Of a stretch of DNA of 64,000 bases, positions 49,462 through 57,848 are shown piece after piece (within the stretch, counting starts at the first letter, position 1; the number at the start of each line of letters is the position of its first letter). The notes beneath the pieces were generated by a model that made no database searches, had not been told where the DNA came from, and worked only from the letters and a program-made list of their open reading frames with translations. The stretch spans positions 22,100 to 86,099 of the forward strand of contig DAOPQC010000001.1 in assembly GCA_035358815.1 (NCBI GenBank), given 5' to 3'. Source of the stretch: Thermoanaerobaculales bacterium. Its GTDB lineage: Bacteria > Acidobacteriota > Thermoanaerobaculia > Thermoanaerobaculales > Sulfomarinibacteraceae. The translations under genes were made by a program, and so were the position numbers.

Positions 49462-50256
49462 GTGGAGGCGCTGGTGCTCGCCTCGGGGTCGTCGGGCAAC
49501 GCGGTGCTGCTGCGCTCCGGCCCCACCTCGCTGCTGGTGGACGCCGGGATCTCCGCTCTCCAGGTCCGCCGCCGGCTCGAGGTCTTCGCGCGCCGGATCG
49601 AGGACGTCACCGCGGTGCTGCTGACTCACGAGCACTCGGACCACGTGCGCGGCGTCGAGGTGCTGGCCAGGCGCCACCGGCTGCCGGTCTGGGCGACCGC
49701 CGGCACCTGGTCGGCGTTGTCAACGCGCAGCGAGGGCGGCGGCGAGCTGGCCACAGGCCGGACGACCGCGTTCGGCGCGATCCGGGTGACGCCCGTCTCG
49801 ACCAGCCACGACGCCCTCGAACCGGTCGCGATGGTCTTCGACGACGGCCGCCACCGGGTCGCGCTGTGCACCGACACCGGGACCTTCACCGCGCTCCTCG
49901 AGCACCGGCTGGCCGGCTGCGATCTGCTGCTGCTCGAGGCCAACCACGACGCCGACCTGCTGCGCGCCGGCCCTTACCCGTGGGAGCTCAAGCAGCGCAT
50001 CCTGTCGCGGCACGGGCACCTCGGCAACCACCAGGCGGCCGAGGCGGTCGAGCGGCTGGGATCGGCCGCGCTGCGCGCGGTGGTCGGCCTCCACCTCTCG
50101 GCCGAGAACAACCAGCCGGAGATGGTGCTCGAGGCCCTGCACGAGGGCGTCGGCGGCGCGGTGCCGGTGCACTGCGTGCCGCGCACCGAGATGCTGCGGA
50201 TCTCCCTCGAGGACACCCTGGTCTTCGAGCGCCGCGAGCTGCCGCTCGGGCAGTGA
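49462..50256 (+). CDS. MBL-fold metallo-hydrolase
   Basis: GTG start after 'GGGAGG'. 'LLTHEHSDHVRG' is the HxHxDH motif. Confidence 0.8.
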   Translation: MEALVLASGSSGNAVLLRSGPTSLLVDAGISALQVRRRLEVFARRIEDVTAVLLTHEHSDHVRGVEVLARRHRLPVWATAGTWSALSTRSEGGGELATGRTTAFGAIRVTPVSTSHDALEPVAMVFDDGRHRVALCTDTGTFTALLEHRLAGCDLLLLEANHDADLLRAGPYPWELKQRILSRHGHLGNHQAAEAVERLGSAALRAVVGLHLSAENNQPEMVLEALHEGVGGAVPVHCVPRTEMLRISLEDTLVFERRELPLGQ

Positions 50257-50296
50257 GATGGGGGACGGCCACGGAGGCGGACCGTCCTCCCGCCCG

Positions 50297-50388
50297 ACGT
50301 GAACCGCTGAGCGCGCAGAGAGCGCTGAGACCAGGGCCGCGCACTTCCAATGACCCTTCACCGCGTTCTCGGCGCCCTCCGCGGTTCG
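50297..50388 (+). repeat. ~90-nt hairpin-forming repeat element, copy 2
   Basis: 'ACGTGAACCGCTGAGCGCGCAGAGAGCGCTGAGACCAGGG...CACCGCGTTCTCGGCGCCCTCCGCGGTTCG'. Confidence 0.8.
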
Positions 50389-50446
50389 ATCGCTCCGCCC
50401 CTACGTGATGAAACCGTGCCACGAAGAAGAGAGCCCGGGCACGGAG

Positions 50447-50825
50447 GCGGGCGCGGAAGCGGGCGCGGAAGCGGGCGGGGGAGCAAGTCCACAACGGTGG
50501 CAGGTACCGCCATTGCGGTCATGATCAGTGGCGGAGCCAACCGAGCTTCACGGCAGGGCGGGAACGGGAACGGGAACGGGAACGGCTGGAGCCCCTATCC
50601 CCCAGATCCAAGATCCTCGTCGGAAGCGGGCGCGGAAGCGGGCGCGGAAGCGGGCGAGGGAGCAAGTCCACAACGGTGGCAGGTACCGCCATTGCGGTCA
50701 TGATCAGTGGCGGAGCCAACCGAGCTTCACGGCAGGGCGGGAACGGGAACGGGAACGGGAACGGCTGGAGCCCCTATCCCCCAGATCCAAGATCCTCGTC
50801 GGAAGCGGGCGCGGAAGCGGGCGAG
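50447..50825. repeat. Tandem direct repeat, 179-bp unit x ~2.1
   Basis: 'GAGCAAGTCC...' starts at 50481 and again at 50660. The units are near-identical and each contains (GCGGAAGCGGGC)n, GGTGGCAGGTACCGCCATTGCGG, (GGGAAC)4 and CAGATCCAAGATCC. Confidence 0.9.
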
Positions 50826-50907
50826 AGTCCTGGCGTTCTTCAACGCCTTGGCCGGCCTGCAGTCGAAAAGCGGTATCATGGAGGAACAGACGACGGAGGA
50901 GCGAGCC

Positions 50908-51675
50908 ATGACAACGGCGCGCCGGGTGACGTTGGTGGCGATCGTGGCGCTGGGCGTGGCGACTGCCGGCGCGGCCCAGACCGCGAGCCAGAAGTGTGTC
51001 GGCGCGGTGCACACGGCCTATCCCGAGGAGCCGGCGGTGTGGGTGGTCGCGGCCCACAGCGCGGCCGACCACAGCGAGCTCGAGTGGCGCTCGGCATCAG
51101 GCCGGGTCGGGGTGTGCCGGCTGGAGCCGGACGGCCGGATCTCGGACGTGAAGGCCACCGGGTTCGCGCAGCCGGCGGCCCCGGCGGCGGTGGAGCCGCA
51201 GGCCTTCGAGCCCTACCAGCTCACCTGCGAGTCCGAGCACGGCGGCCGCCACGAGTGCGAGATCGAGGGACCGGCAATCGTGGTCATGGTCGAGCAGCTC
51301 GGCGACGTCGACTGCATCGAGAACCTCAGCTGGGGCCAGGGCGAGGGCGCGATCTGGGTCGACGGCGGCTGCCGGGCGGTGTTCGAGGTGAGGCCCCGGC
51401 CGCCCAAGCTTGATCCGGGCACGCTACGCGGCCCGGCCGCCGGCGAGCCCGCGGCGGCCGAAGGGATGGCCCACCCCCGCTTCCGCGAGGCCCGTGCCCA
51501 GGACCGCTGCCGGGCCGCTGCCGCCGCCGGCGGGATGATGGTGCAGCGCGTGCTCGGCACCCGGATCGACGGGGCCGCGGTGGTCGTGTTGATGGAGGTC
51601 GCAAGCTGGAGCCAGCGCGGGGAGGTGACCTGCCGCTGGGACTCCGCCACCGACCAGGCGGTCATCGCGAGGTAG
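50908..51675 (+). CDS. DUF3011-domain secreted protein
   Basis: The ATG at 50908 lies 7 nt after 'GGAGGA'. Signal peptide. 'CESEHGGRHECEI...VEQLGDVDCIENLSWGQGEGAIWVDGGCRAVFEV' matches the DUF3011 cysteine pattern. Confidence 0.7.
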   Translation: MTTARRVTLVAIVALGVATAGAAQTASQKCVGAVHTAYPEEPAVWVVAAHSAADHSELEWRSASGRVGVCRLEPDGRISDVKATGFAQPAAPAAVEPQAFEPYQLTCESEHGGRHECEIEGPAIVVMVEQLGDVDCIENLSWGQGEGAIWVDGGCRAVFEVRPRPPKLDPGTLRGPAAGEPAAAEGMAHPRFREARAQDRCRAAAAAGGMMVQRVLGTRIDGAAVVVLMEVASWSQRGEVTCRWDSATDQAVIAR

Positions 51676-51823
51676 GGGGGACGAGAGGGGAGAGGGTCCC
51701 GGGACCCGTGGGTGGAGGGTCACGACCCGCCCGCTACCGCGCCCGCTTCCGTGCCCGCGCCCGCTCGTTCGTTCCGTCCTCGAGATCGCTTCGCGCCGAT
51801 GCTCTGGAGGCGCTCCCCGAGGG

Positions 51824-51898
51824 AGCCACCTTTGGCGATTTCGGGCCTCGAGCGATTCTTCAGAAGGCCCCCCGCCCCCGAAATCGCCAAAGATGGCA
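51824..51898. repeat. 22-bp inverted repeat (21/22 matches) with a 31-nt spacer, between convergent genes
   Basis: GCCACCTTTGGCGATTTCGGG (51824-51845) pairs with CCCGAAATCGCCAAAGATGGC (51877-51898). It occurs once in the window. Confidence 0.8.
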
Positions 51899-51939
51899 CG
51901 CCCGCGGGACGCGCACCCCTCGTGCTCGCCTGGCCTCCC

Positions 51940-52185
51940 GGGATCGGGAACGGGGACGGGAACGGGGACGGGAACGGGGACGGGAACGGGAGCGGGAACG
52001 AGGTACGGTACGGGCGGGGCGCTCTATTCCCGAGATCTCAGATCCCAGATCCTGGTCGGACGCGGAAGCGGATCCGACTTCCGGCTTCGCTCGAAGCTTC
52101 GCCGGGACGAGTCGCCTCCGGCTTCGCCGTGACAGGAGCGGGAGGGGGGCCTACCCCCTAGATCCTAGATCCTAGATCCTGCCCG
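51940..52185. repeat. Longest G3-tract hexamer array plus GATC heptamers
   Basis: 11 G3-4 tracts (GGGATCGGGAACGGGGACGGGAAC...) at 51940-52000. GATCTCA-GATCCCA-GATCCTG at 52033-52053. (TAGATCC)3 at 52157-52178. The reverse of the GTCACGGCG box lies at 52108-52125. Confidence 0.85.
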
Positions 52186-53394
52186 GGCCGGGAGGTGGTC
52201 CCCGACACGGCACACCAACCCCTTCAGGTACTCGGACTCCGGGAACGAGAGCAGCACCGGGTGGTCGGCAGGCTGGCCGAGCCGCTCCACCACCTGCGCC
52301 TCGACGCCGGCGTCCAGGGCGGCACCGGCGACGATGCTCTGGAACAGCTCGCCGCCGATCGCGCCCGAGCACGAGAAGGTCGCCAGCACGCCGCCCGCCT
52401 CGAGCAGCTTGAAGGCGAGCAGGTTGATGTCCTTGTAGCCGCGGGCCGCGCGCTCGCGCTGGCTGGCGGTGGCCGCGAACTTGGGCGGGTCGAGCACGAT
52501 CAGGTCGAAGGTGCGGCCGCGGTCGCGCAGGCCGCGCAGCACCTCGAACACGTTGCCCTCGACCAGCTCGCAGGTCTCCGCGGCGAGGCCGTTCAGCTCG
52601 AGGTTGGCGCGGGTCATCGCCAGCGCGTCGGCCGAGGCGTCGACCGCCAGCACCGAGGCAGCGCCGCCGGCCAGGGCGTGGACCGTGAAGCCGCCGCTGT
52701 AGCAGAAGGCGTCGAGCACCCTCCGTCCGGCCGCCAGCTCGCCGACGCGGCCGCGGTTGTTCCGCTGGTCGAGGTAGAGGCCGGTCTTGTGGCCGTGGTG
52801 GACGTCGACCCACAGCCGCAGGCCGCCCTCGCGGACCGCGATCCGGGGTGGCGGCTCCTCGCCGGCGAGCGGTCCGACCCGCGGCTCGAGGCCCTCGAGG
52901 GCGCGCACCTCGACGTCCGAGCGCTCCCACACCCGCTGCACCCCGGTCACGGCCGGCAGCAGGTTCGCGATCGGTGAGCGCCAGCGCTCGGCGCCGGCGG
53001 TGGCGAGCTGGATCACCAGGGTGTCGGCGTACCGGTCGACAATCACGCCGGGCAGGCCGTCGGCCTCGGCGTAGACCAGCCGGCAGGCGCCCTCAGGCCC
53101 GCCGGCCGCGGGCCCGCCGCGGGCTGCGATCGCGGCCTCGAGCCGGCGCGCGATCAGCGCCTCGTCGACCGGCTCGTCACGGAAGGTCCAGGCGCGGGCG
53201 CGGATCTGCGAGTGAGGGCTGTAGGCGGCGCGGGCGAGCAGCTCGCCGTCGGCCGACCGCACGTCGACCGTGTCGCCGGGGCCGGGGTCGCCCACGACCC
53301 GCGCGATCGCGCCGGAGAACACCCAGGGGTGGCGGCGCTTCAGCGACCGCTCGCGGCCGCGCCGCAGCCAGAGGGTGGGTGTGGGTGTCGACAT
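52165..53394 (-). CDS. rlmI: 23S rRNA (cytosine-C5) methyltransferase RlmI-like (PUA + class I SAM MTase)
   Basis: 'RRHPWVFSGAI' N-terminus and the SAM-binding segment 'VLDAFCYSGGFT'. 409 aa. Confidence 0.8.
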   Translation of the reverse strand: MSTPTPTLWLRRGRERSLKRRHPWVFSGAIARVVGDPGPGDTVDVRSADGELLARAAYSPHSQIRARAWTFRDEPVDEALIARRLEAAIAARGGPAAGGPEGACRLVYAEADGLPGVIVDRYADTLVIQLATAGAERWRSPIANLLPAVTGVQRVWERSDVEVRALEGLEPRVGPLAGEEPPPRIAVREGGLRLWVDVHHGHKTGLYLDQRNNRGRVGELAAGRRVLDAFCYSGGFTVHALAGGAASVLAVDASADALAMTRANLELNGLAAETCELVEGNVFEVLRGLRDRGRTFDLIVLDPPKFAATASQRERAARGYKDINLLAFKLLEAGGVLATFSCSGAIGGELFQSIVAGAALDAGVEAQVVERLGQPADHPVLLSFPESEYLKGLVCRVGDHLPARAGSRI

Positions 53395-53481
53395 CAGCGC
53401 TCTCCGTGCGTCCGGAGTCTACACCTCGGGTGACGGACTTCGGGGCTTGGAGCTTGGGGTTCGGGACACCGCCAGCTCGGC

Positions 53482-53572
53482 GTGAACCGCCGAGAGCGCT
53501 GAGAGCGCAGAGGAGTCGCGAGGAAACGGTGAGACGACCTTACTCCGCGTTTTTGGCGCCCCCCGCGGTTCA
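53482..53572 (+). repeat. ~90-nt hairpin-forming repeat element, copy 3 (most divergent)
   Basis: 'GTGAACCGCCGAGAGCGCTGAGAGCGCAGAGG...CTCCGCGTTTTTGGCGCCCCCCGCGGTTCA'. Confidence 0.7.
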
Positions 53573-53722
53573 ATTCCAACGCGCCCACCCCCCGAGGCCT
53601 CACCACGACGACGCCTGAACGCCACGGGTGGGGAAGGGGAGGTGCACCGACGGACGTGGAGCGGTCAACCTGACTCGGGAACGGGAACGGGGACGGGAAC
53701 GGGCAGCGACACTCGACCGTGG

Positions 53723-56700
53723 TCAGCCGCGCTCGCACCACTCCCTGGCGTTCTGGAACAGCTTGAGCCACGGCGAGGCGGCGAGCGTGCGCTGCCAGTC
53801 GCGCGGCATCCACCCCCATTGCCAAGTCAAGAAGGTCCGCTCCGGATGGGGCATCAGGGCGAGGTGGCGGCCGTCCGGCGAGGTCAGGGCCGCGATCCCG
53901 TGCGGCGAGCCGTTGGGGTTGAGCGGGTAGGCCTCGGTCGGCGCGCCGCCGTCGTCCGCGAAGCGGATCGGCGCCAGGTGATCGGCGAGCACCCGCTCGA
54001 GCACCGCCTGCTCAGGGAAGCAGGCGCGGCCCTCGCCGTGCTGCACCCAGATGCCGAGCGTCGAGCCGGCCATGCCGCGCAGCATCACCGCCGGGCTGTC
54101 GAGGATGGTGACGGTGGCGAAGCGCGACTCGAAGCGGCCGGAGGCGTTCTGGATGAAGCGCGGCTGCGCGGTGTCCGGCAGCCCGCGCCAGGGCAGCCAG
54201 CCGAGCAGCGCGAACAGCTGGCAGCCGTTGCAGACGCCGAGCGAGAAGGTGTCGGGCCGCTCGTAGAAGGCGTCGAACTGGCCGCGCAGGCCGTCGTTGA
54301 AGCGGATCACCCCGGCCCAGCCCTTGGCCGAGTCAAGGACGTCGGCGTAGGAGAAGCCGCCGACCGCCGCGAGGCCGCGGAACCGCTCGAGCGTCACCCG
54401 GCCGGCCAGCAGATCGGACATCGTGACGTCCCACGGCTCGAAGCCGGCGAGGTGGAAGGCGGCAGCCATCTCGCGGTCGCCGTTGGAGCCCTCCTCGCGC
54501 AGGATCGCCACCGGCAGCTTGCGGCGGCGGCGCAGCACCGCCGGCGGGGTCGGCACGGGCGAGAAGGCGAGGGCGTAGGCCGGCGGCCGCCGGTGGCGCA
54601 GCCCCGCCCGTTCCTCGGCGACGCAGACCGGGTCGGCCTGCAGCCGGTCGAGCTCGAAGGAGGTCGCTTCCCAGAGTCCGCGCAGCTCGCGCATCTGCTC
54701 CTCGAGCACGAGCTCGCCGGCAACGCCGATCCGGATGACGGGCGCGGCCAGCGTGCGCCCGATGGCGACGCACGGCACGTCGCGGCCGGCGAACGCGGCC
54801 AGCGCCTCGTCGAGGTCGCCGGGGTCGACCTCGAGGACGAGGCCCAGCTCCTCGGCGAACAGCACCGCGATCGGGTCGGCCCCGGCGGGCTCGGTGCGGA
54901 GGTCGACCTCGATCCCGCAGTCGCCGGCGAAGGCCATCTCGAGCAGGGTCGTGACCAGGCCGCCGTCGGAGCGGTCGTGGCCGGCGCTGACCAGCCCGCC
55001 GGCGATCAGCTCCTGGACCGCGGCGAAGGCCCGGGCGAGCAGGCCGGAGTCGTCGACGTCGGGCGGCTCCTCGCCGACCTGGCCGAAGACCTGGGCCAGC
55101 GCCGAGCCGCCGAGCCGGCGCCGCCCGCCGCCGAGGTCGACCCAGAGCAGCACGCCGCAGCCGGGCAGCTTGAGGTCCGGGGTCACGGTGGCGGTGATGT
55201 CCGGGCAGCCGACGTAGGCCGAGACGACGAGCGAGCCGGGCGCCTTGACGACCTCGCCGTCGGGTGCGAGCGCGGCCATCGAGATCGAGTCCTTGCCGCC
55301 GTCGACGGCGATGCCCAGCGTGATCATCAGGTCGCGCATGGCGACCGCCGCATCGTGGAGCGCCGCGCCCTCGCCGGGCAGCTTGGCCGCCCACATCCAG
55401 TTCGCCGAGCAGCGCACGTCGGGCAGCGCGCTGACCCGCGCCCAGACCAGGTTGGTGAGCGCCTCGCCGACCGTGAGGCGGGCCATCGCCGCCGGGTCGA
55501 GCAGGCCCTTGATCGGCTGCTCACCGATCGCGGTCGCGCCGCCGGTCGTACCGAGGTGGGAGTGGGCGATGACCGCGACGTCGGCGACCGTGAGCTGGAG
55601 CGGGCCGGCGCAAGGCTGGCGCGCGATCAGGCCGGTCACCGCGCGGTCGACCTTGGTGGTGAGGAAGCGCTTGGATCCCACCGACAGCAGCCGCAGCACC
55701 CGCTCGAGCGCGGCGCGCACGGTCAGGCCCTCGGGCAGCGCGAGCGGCGCGGGCCGCGGTTGCACGCGATCGAGCGCGAAGGTCTTCTGGGGCATGTCGC
55801 CGAGCACGTCGGCGAGGGCGAGGTCGACCGGGGTCGAGCCGTCGCGCTCGTCGTGGACCACCACCCGGCCGTCGCCGGTGACGCGGCCGACGAGGGCGAC
55901 CGGGACCTTCTCGCGCTCGCACAGGGCGCGGAAGGCCGCGGCGTGCTCGGGCTTGAGCAGCAGGGCGTCGTTCTCCTGGTACTCGGCGCCCCAGATCTCG
56001 AGCACCGACAGGGTGTCGTCGCCGACCGGCATCGAGCGGATCTCGATCGTGGCTCCGGCCGGGTCGACGATTTCCTTGAGGACGTTGCAGTTGCCGCCGG
56101 CGCCCTGGTCGTGGATGCTGACGATCGGGTTGTCGTCGCCGAGCTCGGAGCAGGCGCGGATGACGCGGTTGAGCTTCTGCTCCATCTCGGCGTCGCCGCG
56201 CTGCACGGCGTTGAAGTCGAGCTCGGCCGCGTTCTCGCCCTGCACCATGCTCGAGGCGGCGCCGCCGCCCATGCCGATCCGGTAGGCCGGACCGCCGACC
56301 TTGACCACCAGCATGCCGGGCTCGGGCGGCTGCTTGGCGGCGTGGCGCGCGTCGAGGCGGCCGATGCCGCCCGAGAACATGATCGGCTTGATCCACTCGC
56401 GGCGCTCGCCATTCGGCAGCCGCAGCCCGAACGAGCGGGTGTAGCCGGCGATCACCGGCTCGCCGAACTTGTTGCCGTAGTCCGAGGCGCCGTTGGAGGC
56501 CTCGATCTCGATTTGGAGCGGCGGCGCCAGGTTGGAAGGGTAGGGGAACCCGGGGTCCTCCCACGGCAGCTGGTAGCCCGGGATGCGCAGGTTGCCGACG
56601 CAGTAGGCGGCGGTCCCGGCCGTGAACAGCGACCCGCGGCCGGTGGCGTGGGTGTCGCGCAGGCGGCCGCCGGTGCCGGTCTCCGCGCCCGGGAAGGGCG

Positions 56701-57640
56701 CCACCCCGGACGGGAAGTTGTGAGTCTCGGCCGTGAACAGCAGGTGCTCGTCGATGCTGCGCGGGACGAGCGGCGAGGGCGCTCCGGCCGTGGCCGGGTG
56801 GAGGACGCGAACCCGGTGGCCGCGGATCGCGCTCGAGTTGTCGGCAAACGCGATGACGCTGTTGTTGGGGTTGGCCTCGAGCGTCTGCCGCACGACGCCG
56901 ATCAGGTGGTCGGGGGCGGCGGCGCCGTCGATGACGAGCCGGCCCTTGAAGAACCAGTGCCGCGAGTGCTCGCTGTTGGACTGGGCGATGTCGAAGCACT
57001 CGACGCTGGTCGGGTTGCGGCCGAGCCGGCGGGCGAACAGCTCGGTGTAGTAGTCGAGGTCGCGGTCGTCGAAAGCGAGCCCGAGCTCGCGGTTGATGCG
57101 CGCGAGCGCCGCGCGGCCCTGCTCGAGCACCGGCACCTCGACCACCGGGTCCGGCTCGACGCCGGTCGCGAACGAGCGCAGCGGCTCGGGGTACCGGCAC
57201 TCGGTCATCCGGTCGTGGATCGAGGACAGGAACGCAGCGGGCTGGTGGTCGGCGAGCGGGCGCGAGCTGCGCAGCAGGTAGCGCCGGGAGCGCTCGATGC
57301 GGAGGACGTCGGCGAGGCCGCAGGCATGGCAAACCGCGACCGCGTTGGTCGACCAGGCTGTGGTGAAGCTGAGGCGCGGCCCCACCTCGAGAATCGGGCC
57401 GGCCGCCTCCTCGAGGAAGCTCGTCGGCCGGCAGCGCTCGGGCTCGAAGGTTTCGGCGAGCAGCCACCTCAGGGCCTCGAGCTCGGCGGCGGACAGCGGG
57501 CGACGGAGCGCGATGTTGAAGCAGTGCTCGGTGTCGACCGCCGTGACCTCGGGTCCGATCAGCGTGCGGGCGGTGTCGAGCAGCGTCCGGCGCTGGCCCT
57601 CGGGCACGCCCGGCGCCCGATAGAGGTGCTGCAGCTCCAT
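53723..57640 (-). CDS. purL: Phosphoribosylformylglycinamidine synthase, single-chain large form
   Basis: The ATG at 57640 (MELQHLYR) lies inside ORF 53723..57775. 1305 aa. AIRS-like repeats and a C-terminal glutaminase domain ('GVCNGCQ'). Confidence 0.9.
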   Translation of the reverse strand: MELQHLYRAPGVPEGQRRTLLDTARTLIGPEVTAVDTEHCFNIALRRPLSAAELEALRWLLAETFEPERCRPTSFLEEAAGPILEVGPRLSFTTAWSTNAVAVCHACGLADVLRIERSRRYLLRSSRPLADHQPAAFLSSIHDRMTECRYPEPLRSFATGVEPDPVVEVPVLEQGRAALARINRELGLAFDDRDLDYYTELFARRLGRNPTSVECFDIAQSNSEHSRHWFFKGRLVIDGAAAPDHLIGVVRQTLEANPNNSVIAFADNSSAIRGHRVRVLHPATAGAPSPLVPRSIDEHLLFTAETHNFPSGVAPFPGAETGTGGRLRDTHATGRGSLFTAGTAAYCVGNLRIPGYQLPWEDPGFPYPSNLAPPLQIEIEASNGASDYGNKFGEPVIAGYTRSFGLRLPNGERREWIKPIMFSGGIGRLDARHAAKQPPEPGMLVVKVGGPAYRIGMGGGAASSMVQGENAAELDFNAVQRGDAEMEQKLNRVIRACSELGDDNPIVSIHDQGAGGNCNVLKEIVDPAGATIEIRSMPVGDDTLSVLEIWGAEYQENDALLLKPEHAAAFRALCEREKVPVALVGRVTGDGRVVVHDERDGSTPVDLALADVLGDMPQKTFALDRVQPRPAPLALPEGLTVRAALERVLRLLSVGSKRFLTTKVDRAVTGLIARQPCAGPLQLTVADVAVIAHSHLGTTGGATAIGEQPIKGLLDPAAMARLTVGEALTNLVWARVSALPDVRCSANWMWAAKLPGEGAALHDAAVAMRDLMITLGIAVDGGKDSISMAALAPDGEVVKAPGSLVVSAYVGCPDITATVTPDLKLPGCGVLLWVDLGGGRRRLGGSALAQVFGQVGEEPPDVDDSGLLARAFAAVQELIAGGLVSAGHDRSDGGLVTTLLEMAFAGDCGIEVDLRTEPAGADPIAVLFAEELGLVLEVDPGDLDEALAAFAGRDVPCVAIGRTLAAPVIRIGVAGELVLEEQMRELRGLWEATSFELDRLQADPVCVAEERAGLRHRRPPAYALAFSPVPTPPAVLRRRRKLPVAILREEGSNGDREMAAAFHLAGFEPWDVTMSDLLAGRVTLERFRGLAAVGGFSYADVLDSAKGWAGVIRFNDGLRGQFDAFYERPDTFSLGVCNGCQLFALLGWLPWRGLPDTAQPRFIQNASGRFESRFATVTILDSPAVMLRGMAGSTLGIWVQHGEGRACFPEQAVLERVLADHLAPIRFADDGGAPTEAYPLNPNGSPHGIAALTSPDGRHLALMPHPERTFLTWQWGWMPRDWQRTLAASPWLKLFQNAREWCERG

Positions 57641-57687
57641 GGCGGTGGTTGTAGCAGGTCGCTGGCGCTTGTGCCAGACCCGGTGTC

Positions 57688-57731
57688 CCTCCGTTCCCGT
57701 TCCCGTTCCCGTTCCCGTTCCCGAACTCCCC
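57688..57731. repeat. (GTTCCC)5 array in the purL/purM divergent promoter region
   Basis: 'CCCTCCGTTCCCGTTCCCGTTCCCGTTCCCGTTCCCGAACTCCCC'. Confidence 0.85.
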
Positions 57732-57848
57732 GTCCATTTGATTCCGCTCGGGCGCCACCCGTGACTGGTTGTCATCGTCGCCCCGGGCGGCTATGTTCGA
57801 GTAGGCTCGTGGGCGCACGAGCTCATCGAACGGGGGGCACGAGGCCGC

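Noticed and set aside
50358-50719. Two minus-strand ORFs beginning 'MAPPLIMTAMAVPATVVDLLPRPLPRPLPRP'.
   Set aside because: They are the two copies of the 179-bp tandem repeat read in one frame. They use a TTG start, have no SD and consist of a proline-repeat body.
50447-50825. I checked whether the regularly spaced repeats, here and in the hexamer and heptamer arrays, could be a CRISPR array.
   Set aside because: The periods are 6, 7 or 179 bp, with no unique spacers of 25-40 bp between conserved 24-40-bp repeats, and no cas genes are present.
53560-53582. tRNA T-arm-like strings 'GCGGTTCAATTCC' here and 'GCGGTTCGATCGC' at 50381.
   Set aside because: The flanking sequence cannot form an acceptor stem, D arm or anticodon arm. 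The strings are the 3' terminus of the ~90-nt repeat element.
57755-57848. A 'CGTGACTGG' string upstream of purM, reminiscent of the 5' part of the ZTP (pfl) riboswitch that often controls purine and folate genes.
   Set aside because: The rest of the consensus is absent: there is no GGUGGGAAACCACC-type P2 hairpin and no 3' CCGCCUGGGC pseudoknot segment.
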